A stretch of DNA of 64,000 nt from Caecitellus pseudoparvulus (Eukaryota; Protista; Bigyra: Bicosoecida): positions 9,578 to 73,577 of the forward strand of contig CBFFRQ010000179.1 in the NCBI GenBank assembly GCA_965644315.1, given 5' to 3'. The notes beneath the pieces were generated by a model, which had not been told where the DNA came from, did not search any database, and saw only the letters and a list, made by a program, of their open reading frames with translations. The position numbers and the translations under genes are program-made. Of this stretch, positions 23,644 through 36,167 are shown piece after piece (the first letter of the stretch is position 1; every line of letters begins with the position of its first letter).

Positions 23644-23994
23644 ATGGCAGCGGGCGGCGAAATACTGCTTCGTGCACCGCAGCAGGAGGCCTCCTCGGGG
23701 CTGCTGCAGCCCAGACACGTGGTGGGTGGCATCCTCATCGGGGGCATCGCCGCCGTCGTGGGTTGGAAAGCCTGGGACGTCTACGACACGTACCAGCTGG
23801 GCCTGGCTGAGAAAGCCAAGCGCGCTGCGGCTGCCAGGGAGCACCGCGAGAAGACCATCTCGCGCGCGAAGAAAGCCGCCACGGCAGGTGCAGCCTTTGC
23901 TCTGGCCGTGGGCGTGTGGGTTGCGGCCAGGCGTATTTCCGCTGGCGTGGAGTCGCTCCTGTCCAGTTCGCAGGCCAAGCGGGCCACTGCCTGA
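23644..23994 (+). CDS. Small membrane protein, hypothetical
   Basis: gccATGg context; two hydrophobic segments flanking a charged helix; coding-like codon usage. Confidence 0.55.
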   Translation: MAAGGEILLRAPQQEASSGLLQPRHVVGGILIGGIAAVVGWKAWDVYDTYQLGLAEKAKRAAAAREHREKTISRAKKAATAGAAFALAVGVWVAARRISAGVESLLSSSQAKRATA

Positions 23995-24243
23995 AGCGCC
24001 GGGCGTGCCGCAGCTCATGCAGGGGGATGCTCGGTCACTCCCCCCCAGATGTCGCTCTGCAGGCAGCAGGTGCCGCACAAGCTGCACATATCTGCTAGGC
24101 CTGGTGGTGCGCTTGGTTGCTGCATAGCTTGCAAGCATTGCAGCAGCTACCGATATGCCAAAAATGCACTGCTAACACCACAGCAGGGGCGACGCTGTGC
24201 TCTGTGCGGAATCCCGTGTGGCTCTGCATGCTCAGCACACTCG

Positions 24244-25686
24244 ATGGCTGCGGAGGCGCCGTCAGTGCCGGCGACGCAGGGCGAGAGCACGCCTGCCGTG
24301 CAGTGGTGGCGTGCTGGGCCCGACGGGCAGCAGGTGGGGCCGCTGACGGAGAGTGCTTTGCAGGCTGAACGGGAGGCAGGGGCGATTTCCGACGACACGC
24401 TTGTGTGGCATGCTGGCTTGCCTGGCTGGATGCCGTTGAAACAAGCCTTGGGCGGGGCAGGGGAGGCCGCTGCTGCGGGCGGTGCAAATTCCGCAGATGT
24501 GAAGGAGAATTGGTTCTATGCAGGCGCCGAAGGGGCGCGGTGTGGCCCCGTGCCCCGGCGACAGTTCATGCAGCTGGCCAAGAGCGGCGCTGTGCATGCC
24601 GGCACTCTGGTGTGGCACGCCTCGCTGCCTGAGTGGCTGCCCCTGTCCACCGTGCCTGAGCTGAGCAGCCTACTGGAAGCGGCTGCGGCGGCCGAGGCAG
24701 CGGCAGCCAAGCCGCCCCCCGCTGCCAAGGCCGCCAAGGGCAAGGCAGGCACAGGGCCGGGCCAGGGCGCCCGCAAGCGGCCGCGTGGAGACGCCCCAGG
24801 TTGCCTGTACATCAGCGGGTTGCCGGGAGATGTGTCTGAGGGCGAGCTGGCAGCCTTCGTGAAGGCCGTAGGCATCGTGCGGCAGAACCCCCTCACGGAG
24901 CAGCTGTGCATCAAGGTGTACCGGGACGAGGAAGCCCCCGGCCGCCCCTGCAAGGGTGACGCCGTGGTGCAGTTCCTGCGGCAGCCCTCTGTGACACTCG
25001 CCATCACGCTGCTGGACGGCAAGTCGCTGCGAGAGGGGGGGGCACCCCTGGCCCTGCAGCCCGCCTCGTCCACCCCCGCCGCCTTCAACGCTGGCACAGC
25101 AGGGGGTGGCGGCAAGCGGCCTCGTCTCTCTGAGCGCGAGCGGCAGATCTTAGCGGTGCGGGGGCGTGAGCAAGACGCACAGTTGTCCTGGTCGCACCAG
25201 GGCGAGTACGACCGCAGCACGGGCGGGTACAAAATGGTCATCATCAGCGGCATGTTCAGCGTGCCATCACCCCCCCCTGACCTGCCTGGGCCGTGGGTGG
25301 CCGAGTTGGCGGAGGAGGTGCGGGGCGAATGTGAGGCCAAGTGTGGGAAAGTGGACAAGGTGCGTGTATTCTGGAGCAACCCCGACGGCTGCGTGTTGGT
25401 GAAGTTCCTGCACGGCGGCGCCGCCAGCGAGTGCCTGCGTCTCATGTCCGGACGTCTCTTCGACGGGCGCACCCTGAAGTGCATCCTGTTCGACGGTGTG
25501 ACGGACTACAGAGGCCCTGCTGAGCGGGCGGCTGGCAAAGCGGCCAAGGCCATCGTCAAGGGCGAAGCGACAGCGCCCTCTGCAGCTGCTGTGCTGGACA
25601 CAGCTGCCGGCGACGGTGGCGAGGAGGAAAGGGGTGGTGACAGCTTCGGCAAGTGGCTGGAGGAGGGCGGCGGCGAGAAGTGGTGA
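24244..25686 (+). CDS. HTATSF1: Tat-SF1/Cus2-like U2 snRNP factor with two GYF_2 domains
   Basis: Two W-x-GP..TLVW..W-PL repeats; RRM LYISGLPGDV..GIVRQNP..IKVYRD..KGDAVVQF; UHM-like EEVRGECEAKCGKVDKV..NPDG..VKF..MSGRLFDGR. Confidence 0.88.
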   Translation: MAAEAPSVPATQGESTPAVQWWRAGPDGQQVGPLTESALQAEREAGAISDDTLVWHAGLPGWMPLKQALGGAGEAAAAGGANSADVKENWFYAGAEGARCGPVPRRQFMQLAKSGAVHAGTLVWHASLPEWLPLSTVPELSSLLEAAAAAEAAAAKPPPAAKAAKGKAGTGPGQGARKRPRGDAPGCLYISGLPGDVSEGELAAFVKAVGIVRQNPLTEQLCIKVYRDEEAPGRPCKGDAVVQFLRQPSVTLAITLLDGKSLREGGAPLALQPASSTPAAFNAGTAGGGGKRPRLSERERQILAVRGREQDAQLSWSHQGEYDRSTGGYKMVIISGMFSVPSPPPDLPGPWVAELAEEVRGECEAKCGKVDKVRVFWSNPDGCVLVKFLHGGAASECLRLMSGRLFDGRTLKCILFDGVTDYRGPAERAAGKAAKAIVKGEATAPSAAAVLDTAAGDGGEEERGGDSFGKWLEEGGGEKW

Positions 25687-25753
25687 GGCACGCGGCCACG
25701 CTGGCCCACAGCCCTCTGCAGGGCGGCGTACACTGCAGCACTGCCCTGCAGAC

Positions 25754-26412
25754 TCAGTACAGCCCGCCACCCGCTGGCAGCAGCGCCTCTCCCCCCCCTC
25801 GGCCGCCTGCTCCGGGCTGCACGTAGTGGGGCTTTTGCCCCACAGCGCCAGCTTCAGGGGCGCCGATGGGCTGCCAGTAGTTCACGCCATCGTCCAGGAT
25901 GGTGGCGTCGTGGTCCAGTTGCTGCTGGTTGAACACTGCCTCGTTGTAGTCCTGTGGCGCAGTGGTGGGGGTGGCAATGGGAGTGCAATAGTGTGTGGCT
26001 GTGTGCAGTGCAAGGAGCGCAGACGCACCTGGCACATCTGGCTGAGGTTGATGCCGTCCACAATCCACCCGATGACGAAGAAGCCCAGGGTGAAGGTCCA
26101 CAGCAGGCCGCCCTTCCAGTCGCCCAGGTAGTACCTCTGCACACCAGCGAGGGCGAGGGGGGGCAGGTGCGTGCGCCGCGCACACAGCGCTGCACGGCAG
26201 GCTGCAACACACATGGGCACCCAGAATGCCTGCGGAGAGGGAGTGCCAGGCCGTGTCGGGTGTGCTGGGGTGGCGCGGGAAGCCGCCAAGCTGGCGAGTT
26301 GGTTTGTCGCCCAGCAAAGGCAGTGCACCAGGGTGCGCTGCTCATCGCGCCACGCACCAAAGGGGAACCAACACAAGTATGCACACGTCACATTCACGTA
26401 GGAATACTTCAT
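25754..26412 (-). CDS. TM2-domain membrane protein
   Basis: Spliced AYLCWFPFG|ILGAH|RYYLGDWKGGLLWTFTLGFFVIGWIVD, a TM2 signature; three short introns. Confidence 0.8.
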
Positions 26413-26616
26413 CCTGCCTGACTTGCCCTGGATCAAGCTCTGCCTGCTGGCGAGGGTGGCATGCGCCTGCCTGGCTCAGCGCGGAGATTCACTGGCGTGA
26501 GAAGCAGCGTTGCAGCGGTGCTTGCGAGCGATCGCAGCAGACAGCGAGCACGGAGGGTGTGCGTTGTGCAGTGTACAAGGACATTCTAATGTGCGCCCGC
26601 TGCTGCATTGCCGGCG

Positions 26617-27982
26617 TCACAAGTCTGCAAAGAAGCCCCCTGCGCCGCGCGAGGCCAGCTTCGCCGAGCCGCCGCCCAGAGCAGCCCCACGCAGGTCAGT
26701 GTCGCCGTCGGAGTCACTGGACAGCTCTTCGTCCTCATCCCGCCACACGGAGGTGGCCGCCTCTGCGCCCAGCACTGTGCCTGTGCCTCGCGCAGAGGTC
26801 TTGGCTGCCGCGGCAGCAGCCTGCAACGCACCGCTCGCAATGCCCGCCCGAATGCCGCTGATGTCCCAGAACTGCACCGACTCGCCGTGGGCGGTGGATG
26901 CGACCAGGTCGCCGCCCCTGCTCAGTGCGATGCGCTCCACGCCGCCGTCCTCATGCTGCCCCACCAGGGCCAACACTGCGTTGGGCTGCACGCTGATGGC
27001 GCGCAGATTGCCGTCGTCTGTGCCAGCCAGAACGACATCCTCCGTCAACGGCAGCAGGCAGTTCACGCTGCCTGGGTGCCCTGGGTACCTGTCACTCAAG
27101 TCCTCCCACTTCCCCCAAGTGTATGTGGCCAGCACACCGTCCGTGGTGCCTGCCAGGAATTTCTTGCCGCCCTTGACCACGGCGCCACAGGTCAGCTCTT
27201 CCTCCAGCTGGTCGCTGCGACCGACGACGGAGCCATTGCGCAGGTCCACCACGGACAGCGTGCCGTCCCCCGCCGTCACCAGCAGGCTCTGCTTGGCCAG
27301 CACTGGTGTGAAGCTGGTGATCACGTCGGCGTGGTGGCGGAGCTTGTACGCGACCTTGCGCGAACGCACGTCCCACACCTTCACCACGCCGTTGTCGTCG
27401 CCAGTGGCGAGGATGTGCCCTGCGAACAGGCTCATGGCGTTGATGGGCGCCCTGCGAAGGGTGGGGCAGTGTTGCGCGAGGGCCAGTCGTGCACAGTGAC
27501 TCTGCGGTCGGCGCCGTACTTGTGAGCACCCTCCTGCTGCCACGCGACCGCCCCATTTTGGTCCAAGCCGCAGATGCTCTTATCGCTGGAGGCCGTGAAG
27601 AGATCTGTGAGGGTGCAGTGGGTGTGGGGTGCGTGAGCCAGGCTCGCAATTTCCGCAGGAAGAGCGAGGCGACCGAAACGCACTCAGACCGTCCGCAGAG
27701 AACTGCATGCACCGCACCGAGGAAAGGTGATGCGTTAAGGTGGCCATGAGGACGTTCTCAGTGACGCCATACTTGTGCCTGCACTTGCGGGGCGGCAGGG
27801 CGACGTTGCCTGCGAGGCGGTCAAGTTCCGCAACGCGAACCCACGCACAGCTCGAGACTGCCGTCAATCAGCCCGACTGCGATGACATCCTGTGTGGGGT
27901 GAAAGGCAATGTCAAACACTGCGCTCTTTGTTTCGATGTCCTGTGGCTCCGTGGGCCCGCCAGCCGCCGTGGCAGCGGCCAT
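26617..27982 (-). CDS. WDR55: WD40 repeat protein WDR55/JIP5-like
   Basis: FDIAFHPTQDVIAVGLIDG; LFTASSDKSI; LATGDDNGVVKVWD; GDGTLSVVDLR; SDQLEEEL; acidic tail ending FFADL; several introns. Confidence 0.85.
27647..27657. promoter_or_regulatory. Recurrent motif CAATTTCCGCA (WDR55 intron 2)
   Basis: Exact reverse complement of the 11-mer. Confidence 0.5.
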
Positions 27983-28168
27983 GCTTGATGTTGCTTTGGG
28001 CTGAGAAAGGCGGCCCGGCCAAGGAGCGAGGGCCAGCCCCACGCTGCACCCTGTGAAATTACGGTACGACACTGGGCAAGTTGCTGCCGTAGGCAAGATG
28101 TGGGATTGTGTATTGTTGGTGGCCGGCGGTGGCTGCTCTCAGCCGCCAGCCGTAGCCCTGCCAGCACC

Positions 28169-29181
28169 TCAAAAGACGGTGATGAGGGCGAAGCAGGCAA
28201 AGAGCAGGAAGGAGGGGTACGCCAGCAACCACCTGTGCTCCCTCATGTGCGTGGTGGCCTCGAAGAACCGCACGGAAGAGTACGTGCTCCAGCCCACGGC
28301 GCCCAGGGTGAGGATGCTGCCAAGGATGCCGGTCATGGACACGAACACAGTCAGAACAGCGATGAGGATGATGGGCAGCAGGCAGTAGCCGAAGACCGAC
28401 AGCACGCGTGTGAAGCCGATGGGGATGTGGTCCGAGTCGTGCGCCGTGCTGGACATGAGGTTCAGCACAGTCCACAGCGCGCCACAGCCCAGCAGGCCGA
28501 AGGAGTAAATGTACCCGAAATGCACCTTGCCAGTCTGTGGTGACGGAGAGGGGGTGTGTGGGCGGGACGGGGCGTGCACGCTGCCCTGCCGCGGCACGCA
28601 CAAAGAGCAGGCAGAAACCCAACACCAAGCAGAAGACCAGTGGCCCCGCCAAGTCCGAGTCCTGCATGAAACTCTCATTAATCGGGCGCATGGGGTTCAG
28701 CACTTCCAGGGTTTTTTCCTTGATGTGGTCGGGGTAGATCTCCAGCTCCTCCAGCAGCGGGATGGAGTCATCCTCATCATCGTCGGCGCCAGCGAAGCTG
28801 CCGCCTGGGCCACCCCCCATGCTGCCCATGCTGCCCATGCCACCCATGGATGGCGGGGGCTGCATGCCACCACCCCCTCCACCACCCATTGCTGCACCAA
28901 AGTCCGTGGCACTGGGCCCCTCCCCGGTTCCTTGCTGTGAAGTTCGCGAGCGTGGCGGGTGAAACGGCAGGCGAAACGCACGCAGCGTCATTGGGAGTCG
29001 TTTCCAGCGCAACGTACCCCCATCCAGCCCATTCCGCCCATGGAATCAAATCCAGATGGTCCAGTTTGGCCACTAGGCCCCTGATGGCGGAAGCGGCAGC
29101 TCAGATGGTGTGCCTGGCGCGCTTTCACGTGGAACGGCTGCGGCGCAGGTTGCGCACCTGGTTCCACGCGCCGTGGTTCAT
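28169..29181 (-). CDS. YIP1: Yip1 family Golgi/ER trafficking protein (YIPF5/7-like)
   Basis: PLLEELEI..HIKEKTLEVLNP..DSDLAGPLVFCL | GKVHFGYIY..SVFGYCLLP..LLAYP. First exon MNHGAWNQ is inferred. Confidence 0.9.
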
Positions 29182-29563
29182 TGTGCCCGCTTGGTGGACG
29201 AAGCAGCTCAGCAAGCACGGTGGTGCACAGCAAAGGCACTAGAGCACGGGTCAATCTGTATGCGGGGCCATGCAGAGGGGCACGCGAGGTGTAGGGAAGG
29301 CAGGAGCTGTGGAAGGAAGGGCAAAACTCACGCGTGCTAATGAGGAGCGATGGCTGCGCCTGTCTACGGGCTGTGCAGTGGCGAGCGAACAGCGATGACG
29401 AACGTCAATGCAGCCACATGCATGACAATGAATCTGTGCCAGCAAATGTGCGGCCGCCAGGCGAACTGCCTCAGTTGCTGCGTGCATTCGTACATGGCAC
29501 CGCAGCTCAGACTGGGGCGAAGCCCAGGCCCGCACTGCATAGCGGTTCGCCGCACATGCGCGT

Positions 29564-31632
29564 TTAGATGAGGATGGTCTGCTCGCCGCATGCCAGGCCA
29601 GTGTAGCCTTCGAAGCAGCCGCAGGTGCCGGTGGCGCGGTCGCAGACGCCACGGCCGGAGCACTCGATGTTCTCCACGTCAATGTTGTTGAAGCCATCGG
29701 CGCCGTCAATGGTGGCGTCGGTGGTCTCCTCGCATTGCACAGTGATGAATGCCAGCTCGAACTCGTCCACATCCTCAGCGCCAGTGCCTGATGTACCCAG
29801 GTTGGTGGAGTCGATCTCCACTGTGGTGTCAGCCATGACGGAAGAGATGTCCACAGCATATGTGGTGCCAGACACGACGGGGAAGTCCTTCAGCATGCCC
29901 AGGAAGGTGTAGGTTGACCCCACAACGCCCAGTGCACCGTCCAGATCATCTGATGCGGCCGCTGCAGTATCAGCAGCCAGCTTGGCGGTGGTTACGCCGG
30001 CGCCCTTCGCCCACACGCGGAAGTCAGAGCCATCCTCAACCGTGACGATGGATACGGATCCCTGATACTGCGTGGAGGTGGCACCAGAGCAGGTGGCACC
30101 GACAGGGCATGTCAGGACGGAGTTCTTGGAGAAAGAGATTGTGCTAGCAGCATCAGCGAAGTTGCTCCCAGTTCCAGCAGCGCCCATCGCAGAGACGAAG
30201 CGGGGCTGCGTGATCTTGGGGCGGCAGCCGGCGGCACCGCAGCCGTATGTGGTCATGTCAGTGCCGACTTGGCGGGAGTGGGGGCACATGAGCAGGTTCT
30301 GTTGGCCGAAGTTGTTGCCCTCTGTGGTCTCGTGGTGGAAGGTGACGTAGTAGGACACCGTCATGCCAGTGGCAGTGGAGGTGGTGTCAGGGAACACATC
30401 GGCGTCCGCGGCTGAGTCAGAGGACACGGTCACATCGCGGATACGGAAGTTAGGCACACCCTCCAGGGCAGCTGCAAGGGCATCCTCTGCTGCGTCAGAG
30501 TCGGTGGCACCACCAGCACCAAGTGCGTTGACTGTGCCTGCCGCGGTGTGCAGCGAGGCTGTCGTTGCCCCATCTGCATACTCGCCGAACAGCTTGCCAA
30601 CGGTGGCAGTGTAGAAGGTCTCCCCAGCGTACGACTTGAACTGCAGGGCATAGTCAGTGTTCTGCAGCTTGGCGTTGACAAAGGCAGCGTCGCTGTGGTC
30701 ACCATGGAAGGAGAAGGTGACCTTCTGCACCTGCTCAGTGTTGCCAGACTCGCACACCGTCATGGGGTCGTCGCCGTGGGGGCAGATGCGCTGGGAGCAG
30801 TCAGGGCCAGTGTAGCCACCGTCGCACTCGCAAGACAGGATGGCCTTCTCGTCCCAGGAGTACGCGTTCCAGCTGCCAGCTGCCAGCTTGGCGCCAGAGT
30901 AGGAGTCCAAGTCTGCCAGCATGCGGCACTTGCCGTGGCCAGAGCAAGAGTTGGGGCAAGCTGAGCGCTCGCACCCGCGCCCCTCATAGCCGTCGAAGCA
31001 CTGGCACGTGCCAGTGGTCTTGTCGCAGATGCCCTTGCCGGCGCACTCGGCGTAGGAATGGGGGTTCTCGGGGTCGTCCACAGCCCAAGCCTCGACAACG
31101 GGGCAGGCGCGCTGAGAGCAATCGTACCCCTTAAAGCCCTTCCAGCATCGGCACTGGTCGTCAGTGGTGCATGCGCCGTGGCCACTGTGGGGGGTGGCAA
31201 GGGTTGCGGTATTTGCAGGCGTTGTGCGTTTCAACGCAACACTGGCAGGGCAGGCTTGCCATCAGACACACGGCACGTTGGCGCGCAAAAGCAAGATCAA
31301 GCAAAACAATGGGGAAAGAATTTGCGTTTTGTGCAGTTGGCCACGCAAGACAAGCCGGGCACAGCACGGAAAGTGCGTGAGCATGTGGTAAGGCAGACAC
31401 CAGCGTGCTTTGCGCACGCCAACCATACACCTGGGCGCAGGGCAAAAAGCACGCCTCACCTGCACATGGAAGGGCAAGAAGCCAGGGCAGCGGAGGCTGC
31501 TGCGGCCACGAGGATGGCCGTGATGGTCTGTGCAGCGGGGAAGCGTGCAGAAATCAGTGCAGGTGTGAGAGTCACTTCTCCATGCATGAAACGCTTGCTT
31601 CTCTGCCTGCACCTTGCTGCACGTACCTTCAT
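29564..31632 (-). CDS. Tubular mastigoneme protein (Sig1/Ocm1 family, EGF/tenascin-like repeats)
   Basis: Exons 31632-31627, 31527-31460, 31184-29564 give signal peptide MKTITAILVAAAASAALA, then CPSMCSGHGAC..DCSQRACP..AW..AECAGKGICDKTTGTCQCFDGYEG..CPNSCSGHG..CPHGDDP, and terminal ECSGRGVCDRATGTCGCFEGYTG. Confidence 0.88.
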
Positions 31633-31844
31633 GGCTGATGCTGGCTGCTGGCATCAGAAGGTGATCATGGAAGTGGTGGTGAGTTGGGGGAATGCTTTTG
31701 ACGAGCAACAGTGCCAGACTACGTAGTGCTCTGAAGGCAAGTACGAGGGGGGGTGAGGAGGCAAACGAGGGGGGGTGCATTTGCCAGCGCTGCCCAAGCA
31801 ACGCGGCCTGCAAGAGCGAGTCACAATATATACAACAAACAAAA

Positions 31845-33732
31845 TTACTGGGTGGCTGCCGCTGGGTCAGTGCCAGGGCTGCTCTCGATGGGCGTCGGGT
31901 TGCCGTCGGCGCTCCACGTGCGCTGCATGTGTGCCAGGCGCATTGGTGTGAGGCTGCAGAAGGCACTGTCCGAGGCTTGCTCTGGTGCACGTAAGGCACT
32001 TCCGCCGCCCAGCGAATCGAGGGGGTCCAGGACAAGTGCGTCGCCCAGATTGGTCGTGGAGAAGAGCCGGCGCTTGGCTGAAGGCGACGCAAGCCAGGCT
32101 GCAGAGCGGGTGCGCTTTCCGGAGGGGGAGATGACGTGGGAGTGGCTTCGAACCGGGCGCTGGGGGCACGGGATGGCGTCGATGAGCAGCTCGATGTCTC
32201 CGGCGTGGGGTGTCCCCTGCTCCACTGTGCCAGGCAGGGGGGCGGGTGTGACAGGGCGCGCCTCGGTGTCGGTCTTACCCACTGGAGGGGCAGGAGGGGT
32301 GGCAGGAAATTGAATCTGGCCATCTGCTGCTTGGCTTGCAGGCGCTCCCTGCGTGATCTCCGCCGCAGTGACTTCCGCTGTAGGCGCGCTGGGCGTCGGA
32401 CCGCCCTCTGCTGCAGCGAGCACGACATCTGGCGTGGCCCCCTCCGTGTCGGGGGAAACCGCTCCAGGCGTTGAGGCTTCACTCTCAACAGGCTGCGGTA
32501 CCCACCACTGCAGGCTCTGGCCCGGTGGCGGCGGTGGAGCGCTCCGCAGTTGGCGCACGGAATCGGCGATCCAGGGGTGCTCCAGCAGGTCCTGGGGCAT
32601 GGGGCGCTCTGCAGCGTCAAAGACCAGGCAGGCCCGCACAAAGTCCACCGCGAGCTCGGGCGTGCCGGGGGGGAAGGGCGGCGCCACCGTGCAGCCCTTG
32701 TCCAGCTGCAAGCCCACTCCCTGGAACGTCAGGCAGAACGAGGCAAGGACACCCAGAGCATAGGCATCTGCCTTCCTGCCGTCCAGCAGGCGCGGTGCAT
32801 CACGCCTCCAGTACTCGGGGGGTGAGAAGCTGCCCCTGGCGATGGACTCCTTGCGCACAGCGTAGGCGGCGTCAGGCAGGCTTGCCAGGCCAGGAGCGAG
32901 AGGGTTCTCCTCCGCAGCTGCAGCACTTGAGGCAGACGTGGAACGGCTGCCGGCAGATCGCTTGGGTGCTGGTGTAATACCGTGGTCTGTCCGGGCGCAC
33001 TTTGCGAAGCCGAAGTCGGCCAGGGCGGGCGTGTCGTCCTCCCGCAGCAGCACGTTCTGCGAAGGGCGGTGCAGGCGATGGGTGTGGGTGAGGGATCGGT
33101 CCAGGAATTGGGACTGGGTGTACACACTTCGTGCTTCAGGTCCAGGTGCATGATGCCCACGGCGTGCATGCGGGCGACGGCCAGCACCATCGCCGCCAAG
33201 ACCTCCCTCGCTGCACCAGGCTCTGGCGCCATCCCAGCACTTGCCCTGCCCTCCAGGTACGAGTACAGGTCTCGTGGGTAGCGAGGATACACCAGCTTCT
33301 TCTGAGTGAGTTGCAGAGGTGCCTCAATGATCTGTGCAGGTGCGAGAGGCGGTGTGCCTTGTGGAGCCTGCGAGCGCTCTCGCAAACCGTCGGCGTGCCG
33401 CCGTCGCAACATTTCTCTGGCAAGGACTTCCCGCACGTCCCGAGCAGCAGCGCGACGCACTGGCGCAGGGTGCGCAGGTGCAGAGTCAATACACAGAATC
33501 GTGGTAATTTGATGCACCACTGGCAGCTAGGACATGTGCATCGACTCACGTGCGGGTGTGTTCCCAGCGTGTGCAGCAGGCGCAGGGAGGCTGCTTCATT
33601 GGCGCAGTTTGTGAACTGCCTGTAGGTCTTCAGAACAGCCGCCTGCCCGTCCACTGTGCAGGCCAAGACAACACCTTCCCCACCCCTCCCAATCTCCTCC
33701 GTGAGCTGCTGCACGACTGGCTGGGCCTCCAT
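31845..33732 (-). CDS. Ser/Thr protein kinase with Pro/Ala-rich tail
   Basis: IGRGGEGVV..AVLKT..ANEAA..HPH | ..MHLDLKHE|NVLL..LADFGFA..SPPE..ADAYALG..ERP..LLEHPW. Confidence 0.85.
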
Positions 33733-33763
33733 TTTTGGAGGGGCAGTTGCGCGGGAGCTGCTG

Positions 33764-33774
33764 CAATTTCCGCA
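33764..33774. promoter_or_regulatory. Recurrent motif CAATTTCCGCA (~30 bp upstream of kinase ATG)
   Basis: Exact reverse complement of the 11-mer. Confidence 0.5.
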
Positions 33775-33914
33775 GGTTCGAACCAGCGGCGTGGTGAGCT
33801 TGAATGAAAAGTATGGGATATGAAAGTGATATGCAGTGGGTGTTTGCAGGAATGAATGCATATGGGCGTGGTGGTGAATGGGTTCGGCTCGACTGGGAGC
33901 GTCAGGGGGGGGTC

Positions 33915-36000
33915 TCAGCTAGCTGGCGTTGACACCTGCTGCTGCGCGAGGAAGGCCGCCGCCGTGCACAGTGCCTGGGAGATGCTGTGCGCCCTTGCCG
34001 ATGTTGGCACCTGGGACGTGCTTATTTCAGGGCTCATGCAGCCCGCGTTGGCGGTCCATCGCTGTTGTGCAGCCTGCAGCTCTTCGCTAGCCGCCTGCAG
34101 CAGTGCGGAAACGCGTGGCGACCTGGCTGTGACTCGCGCGGCCGTCCGCAGTGCAGCTGCGGCAGCAGACATGGAAGCGCCATTTCCCACTGTCCCCGAT
34201 TCCAGTGCACACCGTATGGCAGCACAGCCTTCCCACCAGCTTTGGGCCGCCAGGTCACAGGAGGTGCTGGCCACTGCGCTCACGGCTGCCGCAAGGGGCG
34301 GTGCTTGGCATGCACGTGACAGCAGCCCATAGGCGACAGCAAGCTGAGAGGGTTCAAAAACTTCACACAACTGGAAGCTAAGGAAGGCACTGTGCACGTC
34401 AGCCTGCAGCCTTCGTTGCTTGACTGCGTAGCGCAGCGACTCGGGTGACTCCGCTGCCGCATCGCCACGGCGCACCAGGCTGCCGTCTGCCCTCTGGTCC
34501 TGGCGCTGCACTGCCTGCCGCAATACAGAAGCCTCTCCACGCGCAGTGAGGTGTGCCACCCCCCCCGCGGAAGCCCTTGCCGCAAGTTTACCCTGGGTCA
34601 GGCGTGACAGCCCTGCAGCCGCCACCGTGACACTGGTGGTGTACTCGCCTTCCTCAGAGGCACAGCCCTGCAGCCCGTGCACATCTGTGCGCAGCAGCCC
34701 TGCGTTGACCCGTGAAACGCAGCACCGAACGCCAACGCAGGAGTCGGCCAAGTTTGCATCGCCGCTGAAGCTAGGCAGCACCCCGGCCGCGTCGGCAAGA
34801 GGCAGCACACAGGCGCAATCAGGCAGAGCCAGCACACCCACTGACGCTGCCGCCTCTTGCAGTGGGAGGGGGATAGGCCCCGTGCTGAGCAGCAGCGTCA
34901 CCCCTGCCGCGTGCAGGCCTGGCAACTGGGCTTCAGCGGCGTCGAGGTCATCCCCACACAAGGCGCCGTCAAGCAAGGCTGCCTTAGTGAAGTGTTCAGC
35001 AGGCGGCAGGGCATCCACCAGCCAGTGGTCCAGAGGGTGCACTGCGTGGACGAAGGTGCCGGCGGGCCAGGGCGCGGGTGCCGCTTCCCGACCCCGCAGG
35101 ATGAACAGTGTCATGCCGAGTGTGCTGAGACAGCCCTGGCCCAGGGCACTGTCCACCGCTGTACGCGTCACAAGGCACGCGGCCGTGTCCAGACGGGAGG
35201 CGAGGGCTTGGGCAGTGGTGCTTGGGAGGTGCATGGAGTCTGCCAATGTATCCAGCGCAGTGCCCCACGAGCCGCTGGCGAGGTCGACAGGCTCCGACAG
35301 ACCACGCAGCGCAGGATTTACAACGTCAGAACCAATGCGAGCAGCTTCCAGCGCAGCCTCTCTGCGGGAAATCATGATTACAGGGTGGGGTATGGCACCA
35401 GCGTGTTGCGAGTGACACAGCATGCAACACTCACATCCACTCGTCGGCCTTGGTTTCACCTTCCAGCAGCCGATACCAGGCAGCGGCCACCGCCCGTGTA
35501 AGGTCCAGTACCTCCACGCACGACTGCGTTCAGCAGGTGCGATGGGGAGCAAAGGGAATGAAAATGGGCAGCGCGCGTTTCACTGTGAAACGTGAGGCCG
35601 ACGCACCAGGCCATGCAGCGTGCTGTACGACGTGCCTGCGTCCACGAACAGCGTCAGATCTGCATCATCACTGTGAAGTATATTCATGATTGTCAAGGCG
35701 TCCCTTGTGAGCCGCACATCGTCTTCATCTGCGACCCAAAGTGGGTGCGGAATGTGAGCCTGGCCTGCAGCACATGTCTCTGGCACATTCGTCACCCACC
35801 CACGACAGCCTTGCAGCTGGCACTCCACGGCATGCTGGCGACCCAATCCAGTCGGCCCAACACTTCATAGCTGCAGCCACCAGCCATGCATGTCCTGAGG
35901 ACTGCCCTGCCACACCGCAGGCAAGGCGGAGTGGCGTGTCTGGCTCTGGACGCCTGACAGCGGCCAGGCGGAATTTCGAGGCAGCAGGCAGCTTGCGCAT
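33915..36000 (-). CDS. Divergent chaperonin-like protein (BBS10/BBS12/MKKS-type?)
   Basis: Upstream exon VADEDDVRLTRDALTIMNIL..LTLFVDA resembles a chaperonin N-terminal equatorial segment; apical-like GVTLLLSTGPIP..GVLAL; AIRCALESGTVGNGA. The 5' exon structure and start are unresolved. Confidence 0.4.
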
Positions 36001-36167
36001 AACCACAAGCATGCACATATGTATTTCCAGTGGCTTGCAGGTCAGTTCGGAATGTTGGCGGCCTTCATTTTCGCAATGGTTACAGCGGTTGCTTCGCATG
36101 GCGCAGGGTGAAGCAACGGCCTGCTCTTCGGGAAACTTCGCACACCAGGCAGCCTACTCGGCCCTTT

